Source: Ostrea edulis
Taxonomy: Eukaryota
Reading direction: 5' to 3'
DNA: 64,000 nucleotides
Assembly (NCBI RefSeq): GCF_947568905.1
Contig: NC_079172.1
Span: 61,690,001 to 61,754,000 of the forward strand
The position numbers were made by a program, and so were the translations under genes. This document shows, one piece after another, positions 51,007-64,000 of the stretch (position 1 is the first letter of the stretch; each line of letters opens with the position of its first letter). The notes under the pieces are model-generated. The model had not been told where the DNA came from and made no database searches. It saw nothing but the letters and a program-made list of their open reading frames with translations.

Positions 51007-51887
51007 CACAGTCTACCTGTGTGGAGAGGACAGCTTGTAATACATCATACAGTCTACCTATGTGGAGAGGACAGCTTGTAATACATTTTACAGTCTACCT
51101 ATGTGGAGAGGACAGCTTGTAATACATTTTACAGTCTACCTGTGTGGAAAGGACAGCTTGTAATACATTACAGTCTACCTATGTGGAGAGGACAGTTTGT
51201 AATACATTTTACAGTCTGTGTGGAGAGGACAGCTTGTAATACATTTTACAGTCTACCTGTGGAGAGGACAGCTTGTAATACATTTTACAGTCTACCTGTG
51301 GAGAGGACAGCATGTTATACATTTTACAGTCTACCTATGTGGAGAGGACAGCTTGTAATACATTTTACAGTCTACCTGTGGAGAGGACAGCTTGTAATAC
51401 ATTTTACAGTTTAACTCTGTGTGGAGAGGACAGCATGTAATACATTTTACAGTCTACCTGTGGAGAGGACAGTTTGTAATACATTTTACAGTCTACCTGT
51501 GGAGAGGACAGCATGTAATACATTTTACAGTCTACCTATGTGGAGAGGACAGCTTGTAATACATTTTACAGTCTACCTGTGGAGAGGACAGATTATAATA
51601 CATTTTACAGTCTACCTGTGGAGAGGACAGCTTGTAATACATATTACAGTCTACCTGTGTGGAGAGAGGACAGTTTGTAATACATTTTACAGTCTACCTG
51701 TGGAGAGAGGACAGCTTGTAATACATTTTACAGTCTAACTCTGTGGAGAGGACAGCTTGTAATACATTTTACAGTTTAACTCTGTGGAGAGGACAGTTTG
51801 TAATACATTTTACAGTTTAACTCTGTGGAGAGGACAGTTTGTAATACATTTTACAGTTTAACTCTGTGGAGAGGACAGTTTGTAATA
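51007..51887. repeat. ~40-bp minisatellite, about 22 copies, abutting TMEM164 coding exon 1
   Basis: Unit acagtctacctgtggagaggacagcttgtaatacatttt. On the gene strand it reads aaaatgtattacaagctgtcctctccacag|gtagactgt. Confidence 0.95.
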
Positions 51888-53007
51888 CGTCACATACATT
51901 TTAAGATTATACAGTACAATGATACATCGTTTATCACGTCAATTTTCTATGGTTTGAGAAAACTTGCATTACAAAGGAGTCTGGATTTCATCATTGACAA
52001 GATGCCCCTGTTTATGCAAGTTTAATTTCTCTTGTTTGTGGAGGGTCTGAAATCATGTATACATTTTTTAAAAATCAGACTAGTTTTGGGGTTATGATGC
52101 TAATAAGCTGATTTGATCAAATGTAATTTGCATAAACACCAAAGGCATTTCATTAGATTATAAAATGTTCAAAACAACTTACTTGCATAATAAACAAAAC
52201 AACTACACAGTTGTTACTTATATTTACATTTTATTTTACTACTGATTTAGATTTCCCTACGATTTTAAACATGATGGAAACAGCAGTGATTTATCATAAT
52301 TCATAAATAAGAATTATATGCATATGCAAGTCCCGTCTGACGCCCCAGATGACATGTGTACATATCATTTGACACATTTTAATCTGTGGTGAATAAAACA
52401 GAAACATACTATTGGGTATCTATCTTTTAAATTGATAAATTTATTACCAAAACAAATTATAAATTCATAACTAGACATACCATAACAAGACCAATACACC
52501 TAACAAGGTGCTCATACATATTGGGGCATATTCAAAATATTGTATAACTGAAGACCAGAAAGATAAAAGTTTCAATATCATTCATGTTTCACCTGAATAT
52601 AAGTCACAAGATACACTAAATTGTTTTGGTATTTATCACTAATCATGGCCTAATGAACAGTGTACAAATTTTCAGGAAAATTCATGCGCTATAATCTTTT
52701 AGAAAATGTGACTACTGAGGAAATCCTGTCCACAGATTAACGGACAAACAGATGTAAGGCAGATTTCAATATCTTCCCTAAACTTTGTTTAAGGGGAGAG
52801 AGTATACAAGCATATTTGTGTAACAAAAACAATTTCGATGGTTTTTTTTATATCACCCATTTTCCCACAAGTTAAAGGTGTGTGATTCAAGGAAACATAG
52901 AGACCATGCCTATTATATAATGTCTCCATATAGACAGATAAAATCTAAATATAACTCCATCATACAAAATCAATCCAAACCATAATAAGTAATAGTTTCT
53001 GTCATTA

Positions 53008-53530
53008 CAGGGTTCGAAATTATAGTTTTCAAGCACTAGTCTGTACGGATGTTCACTAGTCCACAAAGCATTTCACTAGTCTGTCCAGTATATTATATAA
53101 TGATCCCATACATTCATTTTATTTATTAGTATTTAATCAAACCAAACACTTCACAGTTGCCAACGATTCAGTTTCTGACACTTTTAAAACAGTAGAAAAG
53201 ACAACCATACTTTATTTTGCTTTCATGATCTTCATATTAATTAAGCATACAGTAACCTCTGAGTTACTCGTGTAAATAATAACCCCTTTTATAAACGTCC
53301 ACGTATTTCAAAGGTCAGCATGTCACGCAAACACTTAACCATGCAGATAATGGATCATAATTTCAAACATCTAAGAGACTCAGACAAATTTGCTAAAATC
53401 TTAACCAATCTATCTGGATTTTTACTAGTCTTAACGGACTAGTGCCATAGAGAGTAAAATACTTTTAAAGTCCGACATGATCTTTACTAGTTTCGAACTT
53501 ACAGACAAGAGGTAATTTCAAACTGGCCTG
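53008..53530. mobile_element. Probable hAT-like MITE with (actagtc) subterminal repeats
   Basis: Imperfect TIRs cagggttcgaaatta and taatttcaaactggcctg. Confidence 0.45.
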
Positions 53531-54287
53531 CAATACAATATGATACATCAATAAACATTAAGAAAAACAATTTTCTAGTTTTCAATTGTTGAAATACAAA
53601 TACAGGGAAATCTTGGTGGCTAACACTTCAAATGCGCAAATTTTTCAACATCTCGAGGTGATTGTCCAGTCTCAAATTCTTCTCCTATGTAAATAAGCAA
53701 ATTTACTCTCATTTTCTTAAACCCTTTCATTTTTGGAGACTCAATCTTTCAAAGTAAAATCAAGTCCCCGAGAACTCATCATGAAGAAAACATTGGTTTG
53801 ATCACTTGGTAATAAGCAATGAAATTTCATGAGATATCTTACCCCGGGGATTCATTCAGGACTGATAAATGATCAGCCATATTTACTGAATTTTCTCCTT
53901 ATTCATTTTCAGATGAAAGTAAGTTTTAAGATTAAATATATTGCAATTGGAAAAACAAAAATCATAAATTCTCTCACCCTCACACGAATGAAATAGTTAG
54001 ATATCTGGACATGCAGCGTAAATGCAAAAACTAGTCCTTCGAAGCGCTTATTTCCAGATTCGAAAAAAGCTCAACTCTCAACCTCTTGAAGTTTTTGTAT
54101 GGTTTTTTAAATCACCTGAATACATATATAATCAGTTTTCTATGACGTAATTTGTGGTAAAAAAAATTTAAAACCACGAAACAATATCTACATGGAAGTG
54201 GTTGTGAATGAGCAATTTCCTAAAAAAGATTAACCCTAAATTTCCTTGAGGAAACATTTTTCCTCTTGTATATTTCTCTACATCCCA

Positions 54288-54880
54288 TCTGACAAAAGGC
54301 CCATAGGCCGCAATACTCACCTGAGTCACCCTGACCCAGCCGTTAATTCTTAAAATAGATTTTACCCTTTATATTCCAACAAAAAACTGTGACCCATGAT
54401 TGAACAAACTTGAATCTACACTACCTGAGGATGCTGGCATATCATGATTAATCGTTTTTGGTGAGAAGATTTGAAAAGATTTTTCCTATACATTTCATGT
54501 AAAAATTATTAATCTTCTGTTGTAGCCCCACCCTACCCCTGGGGGCCAAGGTTTAGACATACTTGATCTTCATTATGTCAGGAAGCTTCTATGTAAGTTG
54601 TATCTTGAGAAGATTGAATTTCTTAAATGATCCCACCTACCCTACTTGTTGCCTTTTCTTGATTATCTCCCCTTGGATGGGAGATGGCCCTTTATTTGAA
54701 CAATTTGAATCCCTTTCAATCAAACCAAGGATACTTTATGTCATTAGTTTGGTTGAAATTGACTCCTGAAGTAGTTCTGGAGAAGAGGATGAAATTGAGT
54801 AAAGTTTATGTCTACAATGGCAGACATTGGACAGATTTCAATCAGAAAAGGTCACTTGAGCCTTAAATAGCTGAGGTCAT
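54288..54880 (-). mobile_element. Helentron/pearl-like element with oyster satellite-like units
   Basis: acaaaaggcccataggcc...ctcacctgag at one end and aaaaggtcacttgagcc at the other. Internal tgaacaaacttgaatctacactacctgaggatgc unit. Confidence 0.55.
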
Positions 54881-57800
54881 CCAATAAAATATCTTGAAAT
54901 TAATTTCAATGAAACAGACTGAAAATCTTACCAAATTTAATGGCTCTGCAAATCCTCATGTCACGTGTCATTCATGCTTATTTCTCCTTGATAAAAATAG
55001 TTAAAATGCATTAGTATACTTGTGCAAATAAATACACCTGTCATTGGTGGTTTTGTGTGACAATTCGAGAGATTGCATCATCTATCAGATCCAAATACTG
55101 CAGCAACATGGACCTGCTTGAAGACAGCTTCTACAATTGAGGGGATATGATTTACATATCATATAAAAATTATTTAAATTCAACTAATTTCAATGTTACA
55201 TTTTAATTATCATGCAAACTTTACATGGAGGATATGTTGAAGTCTGTCGAGGTATTTATCGCTAATTTTCTACGTTAAATACTGACAATACAACTTTGGG
55301 TATACACTGATGTTGAACTTCCTGATAGATAATATCAGATTCTACTAAATGATATCTGTAATCAAACACTCCTAGGTCCATCATAAGTTTCACATGATTG
55401 AAACGAAGTTAAAAATTACTCTGTCATCATACTTTTGTTAAAGACCCGGAAAATTAGACGTGACCTTTTCAAAACGGATGTTTTTTTACCTGGTCTATCT
55501 AGGTGTTAATTGCTATACACAATATTAAAAAAAAAATATTGAAAATCTGCCAGTTGAATCCATCATTTAGAAAAAAGAATAATTTAAATGAATATATCAA
55601 TTCCTTTATTCAAATGAATTAATTGATTTGAAATTATTATTGACGTTATTAATATGACCAAAATTAGAAATTTGTGAGGGGATGTTTATAGAACCATTTC
55701 TTGCTGGTTTTGGGGTTTTTTTTTGTTTATCGTTTCGTTTTACCAGAACCGTTGTTCTCCGCGACAACACAAGATTGACAGAGGCAGTCTGGACAGTGAC
55801 CTGCATGTAAATGATGCTCGAGAAGGAATTATATATAGAGCGATGGGCATGAAACCTGGTGCTGCTACAATGGGAACTTTTTATTTTTCTCAATCCCAAA
55901 TTCCAACACGATAAGCTAATCGCTAAAGCTTGAATGGTAGTTAATTTGTACGGTGATTTTTGATATTTTCTCCTGAGATACGATTTGACTGTGATTGATA
56001 TGAATCTTTAGTTCAGGAAATTATCAACTCATAAGTAAAAAGAAATATGTTGAACTTATTTTTGTGGTAGATGAAAGGGGTGGATATGTGCCTGCAGTCA
56101 ATTGCGACAAACACATCAGAGCTTGTGTGCTTGATTAACACACTTGACCGAATCTGTCAGTCAGGGCCTGATGGACCTATTGGTATTTGATTGACAAGCA
56201 GTGAGGCTGTTTGTTTGTTTTGTTTTGTTTATTTATCTTAGTCCAGGTAAATTTCAAGGGATTGGGTCTTTGATAGGGGCTCAAAAACTTGAAAATGTAA
56301 ACAGATTTTAATTCCATTAGGTGTCATTTTATTCAATCAAAAAGTACACAAAATATTAAACATACCTTCTCAAAACAAATTCCCTGTTTGTTAATTACAT
56401 ATATGAATAATATGAAATTCTTTTCCTGATCTATTTGTCAGCTCTATGTGTCAGTATGGCTATCTCCCCTATCTCTCTTTAGTATAAGAATACATTTACT
56501 CTTTCAAAAGTATGCAAGATTATGAAATAACAATATTTAAAGACTTGATCATCTACATGCATGCATCCCCTACCCCCCTTTAGGACACTAAAAAACTACA
56601 GAAAATTGTAAACAAAGAGAGATTACCCACCCCACCCCATTCTGAATTAATTAGTCACACAGCTGGCTATTAATAAACAATTGGATAACACCCATATATA
56701 TTGAAAGTTAACAGATCATTGTAAAAAATTTGATACCAGTAAAGTAGATTGGTTCATTAATACTAACAATACATTCATCAACGAGACACAAAAAGAGACT
56801 TCATACTACTCACAATGAATCAATAATCTAAAAGAAATCCATTTTCAAATCTCCAAATTGTACACCACTTTCCAGTGTGCAGATATAAAACCTGGTGTTT
56901 AAATAGCCATGTGATATACTAGCTTCTCCTACCTGTATAACGAGCTGATCTGTCACAGACTGTTTACATTGACTATATATACTCCTCTACAGCTAATGAG
57001 TCTGCTAAGTCTGCTGGAAGCCTACTCCTCCAACTATACACTGTTTTATATCCTCTGACCCACAGAAACCTGAGCCCCATCTGTTTTACATTTCATATCT
57101 ATGGCGATCTATGGTCCAACTTCATATATACTGGATCATCAGTTATTGATTATCAATGAGTAAGAATCTCTCTCACAATGGCCCACAACAACATCAGTCA
57201 ATTAAAGACAGGGGCTGAGCAGTGAATAAAGAAATATCACTCCTCCCTCAGGTTTAAAAACATTGCACACCTGACTGTATACTGTATACCCATTGGTAGG
57301 GAAAGGAAGAAAATTGATTGTATCAAGGCTAAAAGACGAGAACTGTGGTTTGCATTAAATTAGTAATTATGAGAGGGACGAACAGACCGACAAATAGAGA
57401 GGACAAATTCAATAAACTCTGGCAATCGATCATATTTTCAAATGATTAATTTAGTGGTGAAATATCACAGACCATAGATGAAATCATTAATGACTCCTAA
57501 TCACTTAGCAAGCTCATGAAATTTCACTGCCAAAATAGTAAATTTTAATTGATGAACTTAACACAGACAAGAGATATATATACATACATGTTTATGCTAT
57601 GACAGATAAACACGACTGAAGAAGATAGGTATAACACGGTCGAAATATTTCTAAAAAGCGTTTAGAGTTGTTTTTTTTTAATATTTAATTACTTCAAAAA
57701 AAAGAAACTTTATATATATATATAAATTATATGTATATAAACTATATAGCATCTAAGTTCAGCATCCTTTTAAATCATGTTTGATGATGTACTGCACAAA

Positions 57801-60800
57801 CCATCAATATTATTGATTATTTCAAACAATGAACTGCTGCAGATATATAGACCTATAGAAAACTTTAAATTGTTTTCAAAATTGATTTCTTTCAATGAAA
57901 CTACAAACCACAATGTATTTTGAAAACCCCCAGAATATTGCATCAATAATCATGACAAAATGAGTTGTCTACACCTGCACTGTTACTGACCTGCCATTAA
58001 AACTTTTGATACTTGGTGTCAGTTACCCTTATATACAGCACCTTATATACAGCATGTGACATGCTTCAATTATCTTGTGGAAATACATCAAACTTCCAAG
58101 ATCCTTTTCAGCTGAGACACTACCTGATCTTCCGCAGGTGTGTACGAACACCGAGACATTCACCCATGACCAGAGCTAGTATAGCAGAGAAACTTCAACT
58201 TCGATGAGTTCAAAATCTAAAACTTTACATTTATAGTGCTAGTAAAACACATATTCATAAAATAAATCCTGTCTGCATGTGAACAATGAATCAGGTCACG
58301 TAGAAATTCAACAGACCACTTCAGCGACAGATAATATTACATGAGGAACTTTGAAATGAAACACAATGCAATTTCTTAAGGGGCGATATAAACCAGGAAA
58401 TCACTAGATTTTTAAATATAACCCCCCCCCCCCCAATAAAAACCAGTGACACGTTTTGAATAAACATATCATGTATACCAAGTTTTCTAAATACAGTGTA
58501 TACCAAATATTGAGTCATCTAGCACCCCCCCCCCCCCCCCCCAAAAAATATTTCAGAAGTTATATGAATTTGAAAAAAAGAAATCCATGAGAGAATTTAA
58601 ATTGAATTTAAAAAAATCAAGTCAAGGAAATTTTTCTAGGTCAGTCAAGGAAACACTTTTTTTCAAGTCAATGTTTTCATCTGAACAACGTAGAATATTC
58701 TGATATGTAACTTTCCACAAGACAGCAGAGTGCTTCCTCTAACTCGTCATACCTAAACATCCTTTGTGGGACATGGATTATAACGGCCTACTTCCCTGAT
58801 GTAAATCATCATCTGTTCACAATTTCCTGTCCTTCTGACGAAAATCGTGAAACCTATCTGTTAAATCACATTTCAACGCTGTCCATACATTAACTCTTTG
58901 TATTTTCAAATTTCAAACCACAGATCCTATTGTAAACAGGTATTCTCAGTATTCTGATAAATTTACCTATATTGACCTCTCTGACCTGTAAGGGGGATAC
59001 ATGTCACTACGGCAATATGCCTCCGATCAATCCTCTTCCACCTCCTGATATCCTCCCCCCCCCCCCCCCCCCCACCCCATCCATCCTTCTTACACTTAAA
59101 CAGGTTAATCTTTCAACACTGATAGAGGAGGGTTTTTTTCCCTGCAACATCCCCATGGGATTGCCTTATAAACATAGTTAAGCTAAAAGACAAAAATCTG
59201 TAAACACTGCAGTAACACAATGATTATAATCCACTCTATGTGGATCGAGCTTCGGTTCACCTAGTCTACACACTGCAGTGTTCTACTCCCTTTAGGGTAA
59301 TAATGTAATAGATGCACTGCATAATGCATAAACTCACACACAGGAAGTGGATGTCTGCAGCTACATGTGCATCCAAACTGATGGTTCTTAATAATTAGTA
59401 TGTGGCATTGTGCATAAAATGTTTTACAAACTGCAAACAAAAAAATCTTGTTATAAAATTTATAGTTCATCAATATAATTAAGGTACCTCTGAGGGTTCA
59501 GCTCTGATGCTGCTGATATTAAACCTGATGCGCATGCTTTGGTATCACATAAAATATTTTGAATTTAACATTAAAAATACACAAGTACCTATGCTATTGC
59601 AAAGGAAAGATTGAATTGGAAGTAGATTTTATATGACTATATCACATCAAATATCTGATAATATCCGCATGGCCAACTGACCTGATTTAATTTACTTACA
59701 GTGATTGTACTTTAGCACTAACACACAAGTCAGTCCACATGAACTTTGTTTTGTTGTCATGAGTGACATTGTTCACTAGATGTTTATTTTAAAATAAATA
59801 CTTCAAAACAGTATTTCTAATATCCTGAATAAAACTGACCAATGTACTCAAAATTAAACAACTGCAAGCTTTACTTAATTAATAGTAATAAGAGGCAAGA
59901 TAGAAAATTTACATTTTTTTTTCATCAAGACAGCCCTTTTCTACTATTCATTTACATATTCATTTACAAATTAAAATGTACATGGGATAATCTTTAAATG
60001 TCACTTTGAATGTATATTTTTTTTTTTTAAAAGTTAATTCTTTCAATAAAAATCATGCAAATGATATTGAACGACAGAAACCTATGAAGTTTTAACTCTC
60101 GCTTCCCCCAACTGCTTTAATTCTTTAAGATTTTTTTAAATTCAACATTGATCTCTAGATCTTGCCCCTAAAGCCCCAAAATCACTAAACTTTGAATAGT
60201 AGCTGATTCCCCACAGATAATGTTAAATTTAATGAAAATTCCCCATGAATAAAGTATATAGTGTCTTCAACGAAATAAAATATTTTCATAATTCATGAAT
60301 GTTTTGTCTGAGATGCATTTTTCTGTTTCATTGTATCGACTTCTTGGTGTTTTTTTTTTTAATATTGTTTGCAATTCAAACCATTTAGTTATTAGAATTC
60401 TCATATACTTTCATTATTGCACAGGGATTTTTGAAATATTACCAACTGCGACATCACAATCAAAACACCAAATTTTCACCATTATTGATTATGACATCTC
60501 ATTGGCAAACAGTGAAAAGTGATGCTTGTTATTTTTCAAATGCTAAAAAACAAAACAAAGCACAGTCAGCAAATCAACATGACATTCAATTAAACAAGGT
60601 AAATACAAACGGGGGGGGGGGGGGGGGGGGGGGGGGCTCATTTTTCCACTGTTAAGCCAACTTAATATGCCTTAATACCATGCAGTATCTTAATTCAATA
60701 ACAACACTTACAATTTTTGAAGTAAGTACAATCAGAAAATAGTTAGTTTTTATGACTGATACAAATTCCTGAGGTATAACAGGACAGCCAGCACAACATT

Positions 60801-60984
60801 CAAATCAGACAGTGGATTAGGAATATTAGCATGCTGGTTGAAATTCGATGCTATGGTAATGCAGTCACATGGGTCTTGATTCTATTAAATATGGGCTATT
60901 AGAAAGCACCATCCCTTAGGTGAAAAAGATCACATTTTCCCCAAAATAAAAGGGTGATTTTCCCCAATTCAAAATTGACTTAAA

Positions 60985-61679
60985 CAGGTTGGGTACACTT
61001 CCCCTATACATGCTATAGCTAAAATGCAATTATCATTCTTTGGCAAGAAAATAAACATTACCATAAAATGGTGTTTTGATTGAAAATAAAGGCATATATT
61101 CCATTGCAATGCAGAATAAGTGCGACACACACTCAACACAATGCCAATTGTCTCTATAAAATTGAGAAACAGTCAAGAAATTTTATATCACCATTGCTGC
61201 GAACGAGGCTGAATATAATACACATTGTGTGTTTGTTTTCCATCGGGATCTGGGTTAGAATAAGTCCTCAGTACCCCTTGCTTGTCGTAAGAGGCAACTA
61301 AATGGGGTTGTCCTCCGGATGAGGCTGCAAATGCGAGTTCCAATGTCACAACATGTATGGCTCAATAAAGATCCCTCCCTGCTGAAAGGCCACAAGCACT
61401 GAGCATAGGCCATAATTTTGCAGCCCTTCACCATAAATATTGACACCTCCACATTTGATTCAGTGAAAAATTGTTGAGAGGGATATTAATCAATATACAA
61501 TAAATCATATAGTTGCAGAAGTATAAGACATTTTAGCACATTTTTCTTCTTTTTACGTGAAAACAAATGTATTCCACTGGTGTTTTTCTCGGTTGTACGG
61601 GATATAATTACTCTTGCTAAAGAGGGATAATTCTGTTTTCGCTAAAATATCTCGCAGTAGGGGAAGTATCTCCAACCTG
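60985..61679. mobile_element. MITE copy A (CAGG...CCTG, 5-bp TSD) containing a SINE
   Basis: TIRs caggttgggtacacttcccctata and taggggaagtatctccaacctg, TSD ttaaa. Same family as 63074-63535, in the opposite orientation. Confidence 0.75.
61240..61506 (+). mobile_element. SINE-like element inserted in MITE copy A
   Basis: gggatctgggttagaataagtcctcagtaccccttgcttgtcgtaagagg...gcataggcc...gcagcccttcacc, sharing its 3' part with the other SINEs. Confidence 0.75.
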
Positions 61680-62101
61680 TTAAATGTCCCATGATTAATT
61701 TTAACGTCCTAATAGAGATTAACTTTAAATCAACTTCCTTGATATCGTTCATTGCTGATTAATATTTCTTTTAGTACCTCTAATAATGTAGTTGTCTTGA
61801 ACAAAATGTCACTTTTTGCCAATTAACTCAGCAGTCAGCCCCAAATGTTTGAACGAGTTAAATTGCAAAATCGTGCAAAAGGAGATGTTTTTAAAATGAC
61901 ACAATTAAAAAGGAAATACGTGATCTGCATAACAAACTCCAAATAAAATAATGTAAAATATCAATTTCTAATGGAAACTGATTGACGCTTTGTTTCAATC
62001 TGTCAATAATTTACACATTCAGCTGATCGAATACACACTTCGGTTATATAACATTGTTTATGATAACTCCAAGTATTAAAATTCAGTGAACCTTCACTTA
62101 C

Positions 62102-62597
62102 CGTTTTTTAATTCTTTTCGGTGATTTAATTTTACAGCGTAGGCGGCACAGAAACTCTTTTTATGATTGCTAAAATGGATCAAACGACCCCTGTTTCGGT
62201 GAACCTTTAGTCTATTGACATGGAAGCCGCTTTACTGCCGGATGTGAGGAAGCTGAAACAAATAGAGGTTAAAATTTATCCAGATAGCATCGAAAATTAT
62301 TGGCATTAAGCTTAACTTATGAATGTTTCTGTTACCAAAAATAACTATATCTCTTCTAAATATGGACTTCTGACATATTTATCTATCAACCATTTTTTTC
62401 TCCGGACCTTTCTGCATATTATTCCGCTTTCCAAGATCAATCGCAACTTTTCGGGTCCAACACACCACTGTTTGATGAACAAGCCCGAGATGTTGCGATC
62501 GTTCCACGATATTTGATTGGCTCATGAACGTCTGGAAAACGATTTTACGAACACTAGCATGCCATGTGGATTATTTGAGAAGAACGAGAACCTCAAA
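62102..62597. promoter_or_regulatory. Probable bidirectional promoter region, with a minus-strand non-coding first exon ending at 62102
   Basis: Strong minus-strand donor g|gtaagt at 62102/62101, ETS-like gccggatgt at 62237-62245, reverse CCAAT (attgg) at 62516-62520, and a locally raised CpG content. Confidence 0.5.
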
Positions 62598-62713
62598 ATG
62601 ATTCTCACAGAGCTTGACGTTCCCACAGAAGGTGTTAGACATGTACAGGATGAAACTACTGCCTATGTAGAGGGTACCAACCAGGGGAACGGCTCGTTGT
62701 ACATCACTGAAAG
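62598..62713 (+). CDS. CLNS1A: Methylosome subunit pICln, exon 1
   Basis: MILTELDVPTEGVRHVQDETTAYVEGTNQGNGSLYITE matches human EGLLRQQPDTEAVLNGKGLGTGTLYIAE. Donor ag|gtaaac, phase 2. Confidence 0.9.
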
Positions 62714-62912
62714 GTAAACCAAAAATATGTTGTGGTAACCCGAATTTCCTTGAATCTGTTCCTTTTAACAATAAATTTGTTAAATGTATATTGTAAGACC
62801 TAATATTTAAAGAATGAAGTAAATATCCATTGGCCATTTACCTTGCACCGAGCTGTTTTGGCAATAACCCATTCAGATTATCCATACTTTTACTTTTCGT
62901 ACATGGTTTCAG

Positions 62913-63049
62913 TTTGTTGACATGGAGAAGCAGTAACGGACAAGGATTTTCTCTGCAGTATCCCGCCATTAGTCTTCACGCGGTCTCCAGAGACCTGGCT
63001 GCGTTCTCTCAGGAGTGTTTGTATCTAATGGTGGATGGAAAATTAACAG
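62913..63049 (+). CDS. CLNS1A: Methylosome subunit pICln, exon 2 (gene continues beyond the window)
   Basis: [28 protein letters not shown]...[10 protein letters not shown] matches human SRLSWLDGSGLGFSLEYPTISLHALSRD...EHLYVMVNAK. Confidence 0.9.
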
Positions 63050-63073
63050 GTACAGCTGGATCAGGCACCTGAA

Positions 63074-63535
63074 CAGGTTGGGAAACACTTCCCCTATAGC
63101 GAGTTATTCTCGCTAAAACGCGATTATCCCTCTCTAGTGAGAGTAAATATATCCCGTACAACCGAGAAAAACACCTGTGGAGTACATTGCTTCGTGTTTC
63201 ACGTGAAAAGAAGAAAAAGTGCAAAAATGTCTGATATTTCTGCAAATACATTAATCAAAACAAAAACACTCGCAGTGTACATTGGATTTCAGACTGCTTC
63301 CCTCTGATGCAGCAACTTTTGATATGCAATTTCTTGATTATGTTGTCAATTTCATACAAACAATTTGGATCTTGTTGAGTGTGTGTCGCACTTATTCCGC
63401 GTTGCACAAGATTTGCCATTATTTCCAATAAAGACGCCAAAACACCTGTTTATGGTAATGTTTACTTTCACGTTAAAGAGGGATAATCACGTTTTAGCGA
63501 GAATATCTCGATATAGGGGAAGTGTACACAACCTG
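63074..63535. mobile_element. MITE copy B (CAGG...CCTG, ~60-bp TIRs, 5-bp TSD)
   Basis: caggttgggaaacacttcccctata and tataggggaagtgtacacaacctg, with TSD ctgaa on both sides. Confidence 0.8.
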
Positions 63536-63712
63536 CTGAAGTGTAGATAGCGTAAAGTTCTTAATATGCAACACACACACACCCCCCTTCCCACTATACC
63601 AAATTTAAATACTCAATTTCACTACAAAAATAAAGAAGAATTCACTAAATATTGTTCCCATATGTTTAATGATTCTGTTACCTATTTTGAATGGGGTAAA
63701 AAAAAAACATAA

Positions 63713-64000
63713 CAGGATGGGAACACTTCCCTTATAGCATAGGGCTGAAACAATACGCCCCCTTCACAAGTATCTCTCTCTAGCAAGAGTAAATATATCT
63801 TGTATAACAGAAAAACACCTGTGGAGTACATCTCTTCGTGTTCCACATGTAAAGAAGAAAAAGTGCTAAAATGTCTGGTACTTTGAACTGCAAATATATT
63901 AATCAAACAAAAACACTCGCAATGTTCACTGGATTTCCGTCTACTTCCCTTTTGATTGATATATGAAATTTCTTGACTGTGTTATAAATTTTATAGAGAC
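63713..64000. mobile_element. MITE copy C (runs off the window)
   Basis: caggatgggaacacttccc...aaaaacacctgtggagtacat, collinear with copy B. Confidence 0.75.

Noticed and set aside
51103-52025. Plus-strand ORFs reading MERTACNTFYSL
   Set aside because: Translations of the ~40-bp minisatellite.
55040-55920. Short coding-like patches, including ORF 55723-55914
   Set aside because: No family motif recognised and no consistent exon chain; possibly decayed transposon sequence.
57611-57655. Hammerhead-like ctgaaga...cgaaa motif on the plus strand
   Set aside because: Stem II closes with a mismatch and stem I has only 2 bp; probably chance or a dead remnant.

Overview
AT-rich, intron-rich eukaryotic DNA. 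The gene families and repeats point to a bivalve, most likely an oyster (Ostreidae); this is an inference. Four genes can be built with consistent splice phases. (1) A secreted C1q-domain protein (890-3177, +, about 243 aa). (2) A six-exon NLR-like gene (13051-30221, +) ordered SAM / Ser-Thr-rich linker / DZIP3-type HEPN with an intact Rx4H motif / STAND P-loop NTPase / ankyrin repeats, ending in 22 near-identical 99-bp units; its last exon has one nonsense codon and four frameshifts. (3) TMEM164 (50991-45411, -, 5 coding exons, about 311 aa). (4) The first two exons of pICln/CLNS1A (62598 onward, +), probably head-to-head with TMEM164. Intron 1 of the NLR-like gene holds a 351-bp tandem repeat with minimal type I hammerhead ribozymes on the minus strand, a retrozyme-like element. 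The rest is Penelope-like (Naiad-type) fragments, tRNA-derived SINEs, CR1/L2 fragments, MITEs, a Helentron-like satellite element, a probable solo LTR and minisatellites, some of which duplicate TMEM164 splice sites. All calls come from reading and hand-aligning the sequence; no database search or folding software was run.
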